A stretch of 64,000 bases of DNA. Origin: Gnetum montanum. Lineage: Eukaryota > Plantae > Gnetophyta. Positions within the stretch are counted from its first letter, which is position 1. The number at the start of each line of letters is the position of its first letter. The notes below the pieces were generated by a model. That model was given only the letters and a program-made list of their open reading frames with translations, was not told the DNA's origin and searched no databases. Where the stretch lies: assembly GCA_015680685.1 (NCBI GenBank), contig MNCI01000273.1, positions 214,324 through 278,323 on the forward strand, written 5' to 3'. The translations under genes were made by a program, and so were the position numbers. Positions 1 to 14,719 of this stretch are shown here, piece after piece.

Positions 1-786
1 CTTGCTATGGTTCCTTCTCCATGGCCTACACTCTTCTTTTCACTTCAGATAGCACTTGTTTCAACAGCCTCCTCAGCGATTAGGAAGATTGCTTTTGTTC
101 TCTATTCTTTGTTATGTTTTGTAAGTTACTTGCTATGATAGCATTGCTCAAGAGTGCATTCACTAGGAGGGTGAGGCATCACAACATTCTAAGGTGGCTG
201 CCCATATTAGCCTAATGACTTGGGAGCACAGACCCTATCATTTCCCTCACCAGACACCTTGTCTTACTTTCCCTTATCCTTATCCTTACAATCGCCCTTA
301 CCTTCTTCTCTTATTTATATAGAATGTGAGCATACAGGAAGTCTTTTGCACATGAATAACCATCATGTCCATGAACTGGCATAACGCAACTTGCCTCATG
401 GAATGCACCTTCATTCAAAAAAAAAGGTGGGAAAGGCTAGGTGAAATGGATGAAACACAACTCATCCAGGCCATACGGGTGTAACACAACTCATCCAAGC
501 AAGCCCCGCATGTACAATATAGTAGCATAACCTCTTGGGAACACACCTATGAAAAGTTGTCTAATAACATGTTAACGAAATATCTTGCTCATGCTTGAGT
601 CTTCCCCGAACCTCCCTTCCTCATGACTATAAATTTCCTCCTACTCCTTACACTCCCACCTTCACACTTCAACACTTGACAAGGTGACAGCTGAGCAGCA
701 GCTCACAAATGGTGTTGGCATCTTTCCCTCTGTGGTGTTTCGCATTCTTTATTGATGTCTCGCAGGCAAGCCCTCCAAACATCAAC

Positions 787-795
787 AAAGAGGAG
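787..795 (+). other. Polypurine tract of element A
   Basis: AAAGAGGAG followed by CCAT and the LTR start TGAAAG; equivalent to AAACAGGGGCCAT|TGAAAC in D. Confidence 0.7.
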
Positions 796-799
796 CCAT

Positions 800-1977
800 T
801 GAAAGACCATGAAATTTTGAGACCTCGATGATTTAGGAGTCTTGAAGGTTTAGGTAAGGATTTCCATAGGTGGAATATTTTAGCAAGTTTTCCTTTTTCG
901 GCTAAGGGCCTACTACACCATGCTACGCAGCTTAGCATAGTAGACTTTAGAAGGATGGAATAGAACAAGGGGTGCACAGCAACAACACTTCAACTTTGCA
1001 AGTTGGCCATGATCGAAAATCTTAACTTTTTTCATACTATGCCACGTTACACTACTTAGCATAATGCAAGCAGCGTAGTTGACTTATTCACAGCAACAAA
1101 GGTAATGAAATTCAAGCAGTGGCAATCATTATGCTATGATATGCTTCCCAGCATATTGTAGCATAGTCACTGGATAGTTTATTGAGTGTAAGAGACAAGG
1201 TCAAATAAACTGTCTTCTTGAAGGCTGGTTACACCATACTACACTTCAGAGCATAGCACAACATAATGCCACAACCTTTAGCTACATCACATCATGTCAA
1301 TGGTATTTTGTGGGCCCAGGACATGTGTCATCTAAACCACGTTCTTCTCCTAATCCTAATCTTATAAATACACTGACAAACAATGCTCAAAGACGAAGAA
1401 TGGTTGGAAGTTTTTTGAAATTTTTGATAATTTCTCTTGGCAAAGACTGATGAGATGACAAGAAAGATTTGGTGATAGGAAAGCATCGATGGTGACCGAG
1501 AGAAGCTTTTGACCAGAGACTTCAAGTTAGCAGACACTTTGCTTCGAGTCTAACTCCCTTGTGCCCAGATTGGCTAGAACAAGGTAGATTGGCCTTTACT
1601 TATTTTTGTCTATGATTAGCTTCTTATTTTTAGTAGACACTTCATCCAAACCGAATTTCACTTGTAAATCCCATTGTATTCATCACATTTATCTATAAGG
1701 GAGATCCAAAGTGAAATTCAATTGCCTTCGAGATTTGATCTCAGAGTAGATCTCATTTTCTCTTAGATTGATAATATATTTTACATCAAATAATTGCCTC
1801 GTTATATGATCGTTGACAAATTTACTGATTAAGTAAGTCCCTATCTAATCGACAAGACCATTTAGGGCACCTTAGATTTGTTTCCTCCAGCATGGCCCTC
1901 GTGCAGATGTAGGGTTAAAATTGTCTACATGGAAATTCACTCGGTGTTTCCAGCAATTGACGTTTTCTGTTGTTATA
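800..1977 (+). repeat. 3' LTR of element A (~1.18 kb)
   Basis: Starts TGAAAGACCATGAAA (D LTR: TGAAACACCGTGAAA). Ends GTTTTCTGTTGTTATA (D: ATTTTCCATCGTTACA, terminal CA decayed to TA). TATAAATA at ~1363. The last ~150 nt align with the D LTR end. Confidence 0.85.
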
Positions 1978-2750
1978 GCATGAAAACCATGTTGGATTTA
2001 GATACCTACAACACCTGCATGTGACATCAATTTATCAATAATTAACTATAAATTTTCTATAAAAATTATGGTCATAAAACCTATAGAAACTTAGCTTCAA
2101 CACCATGAAAATGTTCCAACTTTTTGGCTTTTAGGAGCTTTAAAAAATTCAACATAGATAACATAATTTTTAGGCAAACATAGCATGGGACCTATAGATA
2201 TTGTTACATCCCTAAGATTGTCTAAGATTTTGTGGTAATGTTGAGCAACCTAGGCATTATGACTCCTAGCATGGCTCTTCCTTGAGGCTAAAAACCCCCA
2301 CACATCTTACCTCCTTGTATCACCAACATTGTAGATGTGGTGATGAGTACAAAAAGGTTTTACAATTTTGGGAGTTTTAGAGCATTTGGACCATGGAGTT
2401 GACTATGGCATTTAAGGCTACTAACTTCAAAATTCTCTAAACCCCCATTGAAGTAAACCCTTTGCTTTCTTAGGCATGCCATGTATACATTTTTATTATA
2501 ATAAAGTTTACAATTCTATTTTTTATGCAAGTTAGCATAGATTTATTTTTTATTTTGTGCATTTATTTTTTTAGATTAGCATTGCATTTTCTTTTATTAC
2601 CCTTGTTTACACTCTCTAAGTTTTTGGATGATTAACAAGGCCATCCAAGGTACCTTAGATTCTATTTTTGAAGGTCCTTCAGATTTTGGATTAAATCTAT
2701 TCCACCTAGGATCTTTGATTTTGCAATAATTGAATTTTCTAGTCACTATA
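1978..2750 (+). repeat. 3' portion of the 5' LTR of element B
   Basis: Colinear with 36423-37209. Ends TTTTCTAGTCACTATA (cf. TTTTCCAATCACTACA at 37209). Confidence 0.85.
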
Positions 2751-2756
2751 GTTTTC

Positions 2757-2773
2757 TAGTGCTAAAAAGAGAA
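2757..2773 (+). other. Degenerate primer-binding site of B (tRNA-Asn type)
   Basis: GTTTTC then TAGTGCTAAAAAGAGAA, a mostly G>A-decayed TGGCGCTAGAAGGAGGG in the same position as the PBS in D. Confidence 0.6.
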
Positions 2774-3489
2774 CCTTCACCAAAGTTTTACATCCAATCC
2801 TATTGGCCACTATGACAACATTATTTCAAAGTGAAAAACCTTAAATTTGTGGCTAAACATTATCCAAATTTAACAACCTTTTTTTTACAAAATTACCAAT
2901 GCCACCACCCTTCCCCCTATCACCAAAACCTAGTGTGAAAATTGCAAGTGATTTAGGTTTTGGAAAACTTTTCACAGAAATTGCTAGAAATTTTAAAGCC
3001 AACATTAATGTTCTACAAAACCTTATCTCCCTTCTACTATGAAAACTTTCCAACAAGGCTATTGTTATTGATGCTATCACCCCAAAACCTTATACCCCTC
3101 TACTATGAAAATTTCATAGTAAGACTAATGTTGATGTTTCACCAAGACTAATAAAACTTTGGAAAAAGAAAAATTTTTCCCTTATTTCCTCGATGCGTCC
3201 TCCCCTCTCCTTTCACCTCTAGTGTGGATACTATTGCTAGACCCAACATGGTGGGGCTTTGACATAAAACCTTGGTATTCCCCCTTTTACTGCAATCCAC
3301 ACTATATTTTATAGTTGTATTGAATAACACTTTGACAACCATACCTCCTTTTACATTATAAGAATTCCATTTGCTAGAATTTTTTTATTTTACTAATTAA
3401 TTAAACATTTATCAAGCCAACCTTAACATCATCAACATGTCATTTAGCCAATCAACCATTTTTCCTTTCAACTTCACCAAGACAGCATC

Positions 3490-6400
3490 CAACCAATAGG
3501 TTGCAAAGTTTTATGACCCTAAAGACCTCGCTATAGCTATGCTTAGGCAATTACTTAGGCTTAGGGAGAAAAACATATAATTTTCAATGATAAGTTAATA
3601 CCATTACCACTTAATTTGTGCCAAAATTTAGGCTTGCATGCTCATTCCTAGAATGGAGGCAAACAAAAAATGAGAGTATGAACTTATCCACTGTGATGGG
3701 AAGGAATACATATCTTATTCATTTGATAAAATATCATCAAATGATACCTTTCCATGTATCATTTATTAATTAATTAAGATGGATGAAGAAGATGTAAAGG
3801 TTAGTTTAGATGAATAACAGGAGGAAGAAGATGAGTTTGGGGCTAACTTTGAACATGAGAACCTCATAAGGGGGCTCTTCCCAAAATTGATCCCTAAAGC
3901 TACCATGTCCACCTCAAACTCCATCACCTCTTCCATAGAATAGATTGCTTAGTTCTTGCCTCTCCACTATCCAACAATGTTTGGATCTGTACTTGTTATA
4001 GTGACACACCAAACAAAATCGATGTTATAATCAATATCATTCTCCATCTCTTTGCCTTTTTCCATGTAACCATGATTTGTGCTACCATCACTAATGGTTT
4101 TGATCAGCACTCCTTCCATTTCCATAAAGATGGGATCCATAATGAAACCTCAAGTCACCCAAGGGTCACATACCTCTTTTTTCTCCTTTGTGTCCCAAAT
4201 ACATACACAAACTTCTTCTTCATTGATTAACCCACCTAAAACAATGGTGGCCCAACCCCTCCCTATGATGCCACAACCAATCATGAGGTCACAAGCCTTC
4301 CAAATTATATCCCAACCTTTCATGTAGACCTTACAACCCATAAGGGCACCCCAGGGACTAGATCAAGTCTTCCAAATGATACAACACTTAATGGAAGAGT
4401 TATAGAAGCTCAAGGCTTCCACATCCCATGCCATCAAAATAATGGATTTCTATCAAGATGATCCTATTAGTCCTATAGTCCCATAACTAACTCTTCCCCT
4501 AGGTTTCCCCATTACTCAATTTATGAAATACAACAAGGGTGACCCCAACTCACACCTTATAATCTTTCACTTTGAGTGTTTATTATTACAAGCCTAGCCA
4601 CACATGATAACACAAATTTTTCCTATGTCTCTCTATGCCTTACCAAGAGGATCCATATCCTCATTGGAAGACTTGATTTCATAATTCATTAACCATTTCA
4701 AGTACAACTTGAAACCTGATACAACCCTTACTAACTAATAAAGGTCAAGTAAGAACCCCTTCAGCCAATGCAAAAGTTCATAGAATGATGGAACACTTTG
4801 CTCAATGAGATCTTAGAGCCAATAGCTATATCACATCATCTAGCTATACTCAATTCTATGGTTAATGAATTTATCAAGTTGAAAATATACTACTTAGACC
4901 CATAGTTACTTAGTCAAGCTTTCTCCCAAAGTAAGAATATGTAAAATACAAAAACCAACACATATGAAAGGATAAGAAGAGGGGTAGACAAAACAATGTA
5001 GTGGTCACCACTATGGAAAAGAAGAGAAAAATGATAACCTACAAGACAAAAACAAACTAACTCAAGATCCTTGTTGATAATAGCCAACCCTCAATGTCTA
5101 GAGCCTCTATGTCAACTATTATTATGCCTAACGTGAAATGCAAAGAATGTTTGAAGTATATGAGGTTACCATTAAGTACATTAGAATACTTTGGCAAACT
5201 ATTAAGGAGTGAAAGAATACAATATAAAAAAATAATAGAAAATTCTCATAAGACACATGAGAGGTTATGTGAGATAGTCAAGGACCCCACTCATGTAATC
5301 CAAGATCACCCTCTAGCGGTTAGATACTTCAAACTTGACCACTTCTCTCACTACCATTAGCTGCTAGATCATGATACTAACTTTTTCTTTGTGCTAAAAG
5401 ATGACTTTCCAAAGATGATTGATAATAGTGAGCTATTTATTGACACCTCTAACCTAGTTAGACAACAAAATTAGATGATGCACATCTATAAGAATCCATT
5501 GAATGCCAAGAAAAGTGCATATACCATAGTGACATTCAATGTCAACAATGATTCAAGGCCTATGAGGAAATCATTTGTGATTCAAGTACCTCCTCATAAT
5601 GAAAGGGGTCCTTCAACTTTTAATAGTTTAAAGATCCCCTTTTTGTAAGGATACCATCACCAATGTTCCCCAAAGAGCATTTTTAATCAAAGTGCCCCCT
5701 CCCATTTCAACTAAGTCAACCTTCACAACTAAACAATGACCCCCCATGGTAGCCAATGCAATGCATCTTCTTATCAAAAAATCAATAAAAGTAAAAAATT
5801 CCCAACCAAACAACATAAGAAGCCTACATAGAAGCAAAAAAATAAAGACAATAAGCAAGCTAGGGCATGGAAGCAAGTGGGCCCACAAAATCCCACTCCC
5901 ATATCATCCATGTCCATGACCTCTACTACCCATGCTATTTCAATTAGTAAACCACAAGAGAATCCCTAGTCCCAAGGAAAAGGAAAAGAGGCTAAGCCAC
6001 AACAATTGAAATATAAAGTTTGCATTTTGAGATTCAAGGAGGAAGTTAAGAACAATAGAAATGAAAATCCCACAACCAACAACAAAGACTTCCTCAATGC
6101 AATGGAATAAGCCAAATAGTCGCTAAAGCAAAAGAATACAACCTTTAGCCTATATGACCTTGTCATGACTTCTACTGCATATCACGAAGTGCTAGTTAAT
6201 ATATTGACCTCCATTTCCATTAGCAAGGACATCCCCACTAGCAAAAATTCCATTCATGTAATGATGGTACTTTCTTCACCTAGGGAATAAATGAAGTTAA
6301 CATCACTAATGTTTCATGACAATGAAATCAAAATTATCCCCCAAGATAGTGAATTAAGGAAGGCTCCTCTTTTTATAACAATAAGGATCAAAGTTCATAA

Positions 6401-6970
6401 AGTGCATGTAGATGATGGAGAAAAAATGAATACCATCATTTAGCATTTATGCTTAATAGAACAGATACAACACACATCAACATTAGCTCTTAAATCCTTT
6501 AATGAATTGTGGGTTACTATAAAGGGATCTATCTCTTTAGACTTTGTAATAGGGGAACAATTCCCCAAAATGGCCAACTTCTTGGTTGTGGAACAAACAC
6601 TAGGATTCAATGTTATCCTAGGAAGGTATTTGCTAGCTTGATTATGAGCTATGTCCTCACCCATTCAGCAAGAAATTCACCTACCTTATGAGGAAGGTGA
6701 AATAATCATTCATGATGATAGCATAGTTCCCCTAGTAGTCAACAACATAGACATAGAGCAGGAGTCCAAAGTGGAGTTTCTAGAAGAAACTCCTACCCAA
6801 AAAGTCAAGAAGCATGATAGAGTAAAAGAAGCCAAAACAAATGATGATGGATCTAGGGATACACAATGGGAAGAGCTTATTTTTTGGTGAAGGTAATGGG
6901 GAATACAAGCTTGTATGGAAAAAACCTATATGTTTTCTAATCTCAGAGAGATTAGAAAACATTTTCACAA
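3490..6970 (+). pseudogene. gag-protease of element B (many stops and frameshifts)
   Basis: Manual translation gives MDFYQDDPISP, FKYNLKPD, the decayed knuckle LDHFSHYH*LLDHDT, protease VHVDDG..N and FNVILGR, and SSPIQQEIHLPYEEGEIIIHDD, all homologous to D gag/PR. Confidence 0.9.
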
Positions 6971-7267
6971 ATGATGTTCACCTGTAATCCACTTTCCCTA
7001 TGCACTATAGTCATATAGTTGTATTTACTTATAGCCGTGTATCCTATTTTACATGTTACCTATACACACTTCTTTGTTTCACTTTATGATTTCAATTTGC
7101 ATGTATCCTAAAGCTTACTTTTGTTTACATCTTTACTTTTAAGGCCTTTTCCTTTTTTTTAGAATTTTAAATATAAAACACCATAAAAACTTTAAAACTA
7201 AGGAAAATCCATAAAAATTTTAACACAAAATAGACAAAAAAATATGTTTTCCTTTACAAAATATAGT

Positions 7268-7393
7268 GCCTGCCATGGCCTAAAACTAGCAAAATTGCAA
7301 AGCTTGCCATGGCCTAAAACTGGCAACATCCTACAACCCACTATGGCCTTAAATTGGTAAACATTGTATGGCTTGCCATGCCTTAAAATTGGA
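7268..7393 (+). repeat. Post-protease short tandem array (CCATGGCCTAAAACT[A/G]GCAA, ~4 copies) of B
   Basis: Directly visible ~35-bp periodic repeats with the same core as the D array at 57884-58143. Confidence 0.75.
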
Positions 7394-7759
7394 AAAACAT
7401 TTTTACTTATTTTTATTTTAGTTTACAACCTTATTTCCTAGTCATTTTTACATTTTTATTACATTATAACAATGTGGGTTAGCTAGTGTAGACTTATACC
7501 ATAATCATAGCATAAAACTATGTAACATGAATAAAAGCATAATGCTAGAATAATATAACAAAAACTGAAACTTAAAGATAATAATTGAAATGTTTAAAAC
7601 ATGATACCCATAGCCACATGATGTGGCAAAATATTTAAACAATAAAATCATAAATCAAGTAACCCATCCAATCAACTGAACCATTGGCTAAGACTACTCA
7701 TAACAACATAAAAGTTAAATGTGATAAAAAAAATAATTGAAAATAGATAATTGGTGATT

Positions 7760-8757
7760 CTAGGATGCATTTGGAGGAGGTTGAGGATTATTTCCACCTT
7801 TAGCTTGGGGGTTGCTAGTATCTCTTAGTGCCTATAGAATAATAACATAAGACTAATTAGTAATCAACACACTATAAAATCAAGCCAATAACTTAAAAAA
7901 AATAAAACATAACAAAATTATATAGCAAACAAACCTAAAGGAACTTTGGAATGATATAATTCAAGGGAAGATGCTAAGGGCCAAACTCCAAAAAATGGAG
8001 GATTTGGTCTTTCATCATGTTGGCCTAGTCCACATCCCCAAGATTAATACCCATGAGGATGTTACTATCATCAACCTATGTCCATGTAGCTAGCTCCCAT
8101 GGCACTGTAGTAGTACATACCTCACCCATAGTAGTAGAGATTTGAGGACTAGGTGATTCATCCATAGTGAGAGTGTCTCCAAAAATTTTAAAGGTACTTT
8201 TAGCTTGGATCTTTTTACGAATAGCTCTAACTTACATCATTTGGTAGTGTCTTCTTTGAACCACTTAAGATAAGACTCACATTTAGACTTATACTTCTTT
8301 TTTTGGTCTTTCTATGCCAAACCCCACTAAAGGACCTAGGAATAGTAATCGTTTTACTCTTTAGTCTTGTGGGTGATTAGGTTCATCTACAATCACTACT
8401 TCATCATCTTTCTGGCAAGGGAAACCTTTTCATGAATGACATTCTAGTAGCATTCCCATGTGATCTCCTTAGTTTACAAAGACTCTTAGTTAGTCACATG
8501 GGCTTCCACAAAAGCCTTATGATCCTATAGATCATTGACCACCTAAGCCTACCTCTTAGACTCTTTCTTTAAGGCCACAACTTGTTTCCATAGGGATTCA
8601 CTGGACTATTGGAATTCCCATGAGGTTTTTGTGCATGAATTTTTAATATCAATTGCAATTTCATACAGCCTTCATGAAATTTTTTTTACTTTAGTAGGAA
8701 TTTTAGGCAAGGAGTCTATCTTCATGCCACACTTAGAGTCCCACTCAACTTTAGGCA
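7760..8757 (-). pseudogene. Last two exons of the antisense accessory gene of B
   Basis: Acceptor TTTGTTTGTAG|TGCCTAAAG (VPKVEWDS, cf. VSKIKWNS in E). ELATWT*VDDSNILMGINLGDVD*ANMMKDQILHF matches DPPRWSSVEKGKVKVKAALGDDVWPDLMEEEIMKHL in D. The terminal exon ends NNPQPPPNAS*. Confidence 0.7.
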
Positions 8758-8797
8758 CTACAAACAAAATAGCCATGAAGTATACATGAAAGCACAA

Positions 8798-10329
8798 TGT
8801 TGTGACTAAAAACCTCAGCAACTAGAAAAACCAGGGATCATTAGTGTAGCAATTCCCAGACCTCAAATCATCAAGGCCACCATGAAAAAAATGGGATTCA
8901 AGATACACTAGCTAGTTTGGCAAATCAACCAAGGACTTATGAAATGAAAAAAATGGGAATAAAAGGAAACATAATGCAAAACTGATAATAGATCTGAAAT
9001 AATGCACATATGATAAATAAATATATTCCATATAAAAAACCAAAAACTTAAAACCTTATTGAGAAAGAAAATAAAGAATAAGTTTGAGAAATGTGTACAA
9101 ATGATGCCTAAGTGGGAAGCAAAAAAGGGAATTTCACTAGCGTGGAAGTTCAAAGCCTGTTGAAGCTGATGGGATTTGCTCCATGATCTAGGTACTAAGC
9201 CACTCTTGATGTGATCAAACCTTCCTCAACTGCTACAACCTCAAACCTACTACTTGGGTCACTACTGAGGATGAGAAAAGTGAAAAATTTGGATTCCAGA
9301 TTGCTTCATGCTAGGGTTTGGAAATTCCAAAAGTGTAGTGTTGACATTCAAAATTCACAAATCTCAAGGGTACAATGCTTCCACATTGGGGTTTAAGAGA
9401 ATGCAAGTATGGGAATTTGTAAGAGCTCTTGAGTGCTTGAAAATGCCCCAAGTTTTGAATTAGTGCTTCAAAGATTACTTGTATTCTCAATGAAAAGAAA
9501 ATTACTCAATCCTCAAGAATTCTAGAATCTATAAATGGGTTTTGAGGTTGCTATGAATGGAGCTACAAATTGGCTATGATTTGGCTGCAAAAATAGCTAC
9601 AAAATGTCTATAAAATGGCTACAAATTGGCTACCAAATTTAGGTGATATGGGTGCCCAAATTTGGGGGGTTACCATACATAGTAAGTGCTACCCCCGATG
9701 GCCATTCTGTTTACTATAAACAGTAATCGAGGCATACCTTCCATGCTAGAGATGAATCTTCTATGCTGAGGTCTCCACCATGCTTGCGGAAGTGGCCAAT
9801 CAATGTTCAAGTGCATGAAGTGATAGATTTGGCTTTTGTGGCTTCCACGATAAGGGATGCAATTCTCTATGCTAGGGGTGAAGAGTCCATGCTAGGGGAA
9901 AACCTCCATGATGAGGGGGGAAGGTTGCCAAGTTCTGCATATTGTCTCCATGCTAAAGGAGGAAATTTTTCAAAACTTCCACCTTTCCATGTTGGGGGTA
10001 GATGAGATTTACCCCCATGCATGTGCTTCTAATGTAGAAAAATGTATAGCCCCCATAAAGCCCATCAAATTACCTTTTTTGACATTCAAAAAGGCATTTT
10101 TAACCCCCCAAAGCCAAAATATAGATACTAGGTGACTTTTATTTCACTTGGGAAATGAGGCTTTGACCACTTATGAGGAATGTTTTAGCCCCAAAAATAT
10201 AAAGCATGTGAAATTACCCATTGTGGATTACAGTTTTCACATTTACAATGAAGTTTTACCTTAGGTTTCATGGGGTGAAAACTAGATGATGAAGATTGGT
10301 TATAACATGCAAATTCATGTGGTGTTTCA
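8798..10329 (-). repeat. 3' LTR of element C
   Basis: Reverse complement starts TGAAACACCAC and ends GTCACAACA. Colinear with 23966-25503 (about 80% identical by eye). PPT (rc AAGAAGAGGGGCCAT) at 10330-10344. Confidence 0.9.
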
Positions 10330-10579
10330 ATGGCCCCTCTTCTTAGTGCCTAGAGGATTGACCTGAGAGGCATCAATAAAGAATACAAAACACCACTACA
10401 CATTATAATGCCATAGTGCATATAGGTCATGTGAGAATTAAGTTACCTATGTCACCAAGGCTAATAGTTTTAGATCGTGGTGGGCAATGGTACTAGTTTA
10501 AGGCCTTGATAGGTCATGCTACTAGTTTAAGATCATAGTAGATCATTGAAAGTAGGCTCTCTTGTTGACAATTGTCATC

Positions 10580-13500
10580 TACATGTACTATGGATTTAAA
10601 TAGGAATGATTAATTGGAGTGGCTAGCTCATTCCCATTCATGTCAGCTATTCTAAATGCTTCATTCCTATAGAATCTAGTGATAAGAAATGATCCTTTCC
10701 AGTTAGCTAAGAATTTGTCTACATGCTCATGAATGGCCTTGAGGACTAGGTCACCCTCCTTGATCTTGTGCATGGTCAAGTCATGGTGATGTTGCTACTT
10801 CTACCTCTCTTAATAGTTCTCAATTTGAGAAAGTTCTTACATGTGGTACTCCTCCACCAAATCTAGGGCTACCATCTTCTACTCCTTTTTCTGCTTATCA
10901 TTCATGAAGTTGGTCAAGACTACTTGAAGTGATGGAATCTACAATTTAAGAGGTAAAATAGCTTCAGAACCATAAACAAGGCTATAAGGGGTCATGTGGG
11001 TCACCATGAAATAGGTTGTTATGTATCTCCATAATGCATGGACAAGCCACTCATACCACTTTGGCTCACTATTGTTGAGCATCTTCTTGAGCAAGTTGAT
11101 GATGGCCTTGTTCCTTGCTTCTACTTGTCCATTGGCTTGAGGGTAGTAGGGTGACAAGAAAGAATTCTTAATGCTTAGGTTATGATAGAAATCCTTGGTT
11201 GATTATTTATTAAATTGAGGTTCATTATTGTAACTATGATCATGGGTATGCCAAAACGAGCTGAAATGTTATCTAGGATAAATTTGCAAACTTATTTAGA
11301 TGTGGTCTCCCCTAGGGGAATAGCATTAACTGACTTGCTAAAGTCTTTGGTTGCATTGATGATGAAGCTATGTCCTATAGAATACTTAGGCATTATAGGT
11401 CCAGTGATATCCAACCCCCATCATTGAAATGGCCATGTTATCAAGGTTGTATGTAACTGAATTGGTGATACATATATCAAGTTGCTATATCACTAGCATG
11501 TGTCACATATTAGAATTTTGGGCAAATAGTAGCCTAACTATCTAATCTTAGCATCCATGGCTTTAGGTAATATATGTCCTCAACAAACACCCTCATGAAC
11601 CTCCTCTAGGACTATTCTAGCTTTGGTTTTACCTAAGCACTTTAGAAGTATGCCATCATAGGATTGTCGACATAATGTGTTATCACCTACGATGACATAC
11701 TACTCTAATTGCTTAGATATGACATCCTTCTAAGTAGTATTTAGGCCTTGTGAGGATTCACAACACATAAGGTAAAATTTAATGTTGTCATACCACTCAT
11801 TGGAAGGAGTAGTATGAACAATGGCCACAAAGGTATCTTTAGTGCTTTGTGTGATGGAAATAGCATAGTAGATGGTTAAGTTGGACAACTTGCTAAACAC
11901 ATTTGGAGTCACACTAAGGGCTAATGTTGAAATTGCATCAACTATGGAATTTTCATTTCTAGGTATGTGCTGGACATCAATGTCTATGAATTTTTGTAAT
12001 AACTACTTCCCTAGGTTATAGTAAAGTTTTAAGTGCTTAGCTTTACATGCATAGACTTTATTTACTTCGTTAATCACAAATTGTTAATCACCTTTGATGG
12101 CTAGGTGTCTAATTTCTAGGCCACGAGCTACCATTATCACTTTGATCAAGCCCTCATATTCTATTATGTTGTTGGTACATGGGAACCTAAAATGATAGGA
12201 AAATGATTAGATCTCACAAGATGGGAATGTTATGATGTTAGTAGCACTAGCCCCATGGGTAGTCAAGGATTTTTCAAAGTTCATGACTACCTCATAACCC
12301 TTGGACACATGGCTAATTGTGTTAATGCATTCATCAGGGAACTCAGGATCTATGGTTTCTTGGTCATCAATAGGTGAAACTGTGAGATGTATGGATTTTT
12401 CTTGACCTTTAGTTTAGGATTGAGAGATGTAATGGAGGTAAAACTCCATGATTATGGATTTCCATTAGGCTATAGGACTACTTTCATAGATGTTAGTTGT
12501 TATGGCTCTAAGTATGTTGTCCCTGCAAATTATGTTGACTTGGCTTTTGAAGAGGCAACGTCTCCATTTCTTCAAAGAGAAATATAGTGCTATACAATAC
12601 TTCTCCACTTTAGTTTATTAGGTCTTGTGGCAACTAATGCATGGCTAAGGTAGTATACATGCATATTTTGCTCCATCATCACATTTCTAATAGAGTAGAG
12701 AGGTAATGGATGTATTAAGGATGGTGACATAAATGTAAAATGGTTCACCCTCTTGTGGAGGATAGATTTTTGATACTTGTGTCAACTCTTGCTTAAGATT
12801 TTCAAAGGCCTCTTGGTATTGAGCCGTCCATTCATGATGAACTCCTTACTTAAGCAAGTGTTGCATGGGTTGTAACTTATCCATAAGCCTAGTAATAAAC
12901 CTATGAATAAATTGTAATTTTCCTTGTAATCCGTAAAGCTCTTTAATTTTGGTAGTTGATACTAATTTGGATATGAACATAACCTTATCGAGATCTACGT
13001 GTATCCCTACTTTAGAGACTAAAAAGCCAAGCATCTTACCATTCTTGATGTAGAAGATAGAATTCTTAGGATTGAGCCTAACCTCATATTTGAGGCATCA
13101 TTTAAGCACAAGATTTATGTCATTATCATGATGATATGCTATCTTAGACTTCATGGCTATGTCATCTATGTAATCATTAAGCAAACCTAACATGTAATCA
13201 CTAAAGATATAGGTCATGGCTCTCTAGTATGTCAATCCGACACTCTTAAGGTCAAAGGGCATCATGGTATAACAAAAAGTACCACATGGGGTCATAAAGG
13301 TTGTGCTAATTTCGTGCTCTAGGTTGATCCTGATTTGGTTATATCCCAAGAATCCATCCATAAAGGACAAGAAGAAATATCTGGATGTAGATTAAATAAG
13401 TTGATCAATACTAGGGAAAGGGAATTAATCCTTGATAATTCCTTTATTTAGGTCTCCAAAATCAATGCAAATATGGATGCTTCCATTTTCCTTAGAGACT

Positions 13501-14044
13501 ACCACTATGTTGGATACCCATTTTTTGTAATCGATAGCCCTAATGAAACATTCTTGGTAGAGCCTTAAGATTTCATTACAAACTGCAAGGGAAAATTAGG
13601 TCTAAACTTGCATAATTTATGCTTAACTGGTCTAATGCTAGGATCCAGTATGATGTTGTGCTAGACTAGACATGGGTCTAGGCTTTCCATATCTTCATAT
13701 GACTAGGAAAATGCCTTAATGTTGTTCTGTAAGACTTTGGTGATGTCTTGGGCATGTGGAGGCTCTAGTGAGGAACTTAGTTTAAGAGTTTTATCCTCAC
13801 AACTATGTGTTGTGATAGGAACCTTAAGTGGAGAGTCTTTAGTTATGTATCCTACTTCTAAGTCAATGGTTTTGACTAGGTTTTCAAGTCATTCTAGAGG
13901 TTTCTCTATTGAAGCTATGTGGTCTACAAGACTCTTAGGCTCATGATCTATGTAATCAATGTCAATACACCATTTAATATCATTGTGAGGTCCATGCAAA
14001 TACAAGGGGAAATTGATTTACTTCTAGGTACTCATATGCTAATC
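10580..14044 (-). pseudogene. pol of element C: RT, RNase H, additional archaeal-type RNase H, integrase
   Basis: Remnants of SFMDGFLGYNQI, MPFDLK, YIDDI, LQGKLQFIHRFI, YHFRFPCTNNIIEYEGLI (aRH), EVHEGVC, TWPFQ**GLDITGP, SPYYPQANGQVEA, PYSLVYGSEAILP and ANWKGSF. Confidence 0.93.
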
Positions 14045-14719
14045 CTACATGTCAAAAAAATGCATATTAAGTGGAACTTGGATAAAAGTAAATAAATGAT
14101 GTTTAAAATGCCTTAAAACACATGCAAATCTAATGCAATCAAGGCCATCCAAGGTCATCAATGAGATAAGGTTAATTTAGCAAAGTTAAATAGAGGTAAA
14201 TAAAGATCACATAAAGGTCAAGAAAGGTGAGCATAAGGCTATAAATGTTCAATAAAGGCCACAATTTTGCTAGTTTAAGGCCTTAGTGGGCCATGATGGC
14301 AATTTATCATCTTGGTGTACTAAGATGCCAGTTTATAATCTTAGTGATCCATGATGATATGGTGTTAAATGGTAGTTAGGGAAGGTTAAACCTCACTATT
14401 CCATACCATTTAGATGCCAAAAAAAGGTAAATAGAGCTATAATAAGACAAACATATAACACTATGTAAAGGCCATAGAAGGTTAACAATGTCAACAAGGC
14501 AACATGAGTCCAAAAATAAGCCAAAACATTACATAATAAGGAAAAACTTAAAGAAAAATAGGTTACATATGATAAAATTTGGTTGATATATGCAAAATAT
14601 GATAATTTTTTCCCATTTTTAGGCCTTAGTGGACCATATTCTCAGTCTACAAGGCTACTGGGTAAGTTTAGGCATCAATTAGGGCAATTTTTGGGCTATT
14701 TAAAACGAAAAATCAAGTG

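Larger units (their letters stand above)
1..1977 (+). mobile_element. Element A: 3' end (3' UTR, PPT, 3' LTR) of a Tat-like gypsy retrotransposon, inserted in the 5' LTR of element B
   Basis: 725-820 (GTGTTTCGCATTCTTT..CAGGCAAGCCCTCCAA.CATCAACAAA.AGG.GCCATTGAAA) aligns with the PPT/3' LTR junction of D at 62720-62800. After 1977 the sequence switches to the middle of the B LTR (matches 36423 onward). Confidence 0.85.

Noticed and set aside
3015-3145. Two ~65-bp tandem units in the B 5' UTR
   Set aside because: Low copy and degenerate; ordinary UTR duplication with no further support for function.
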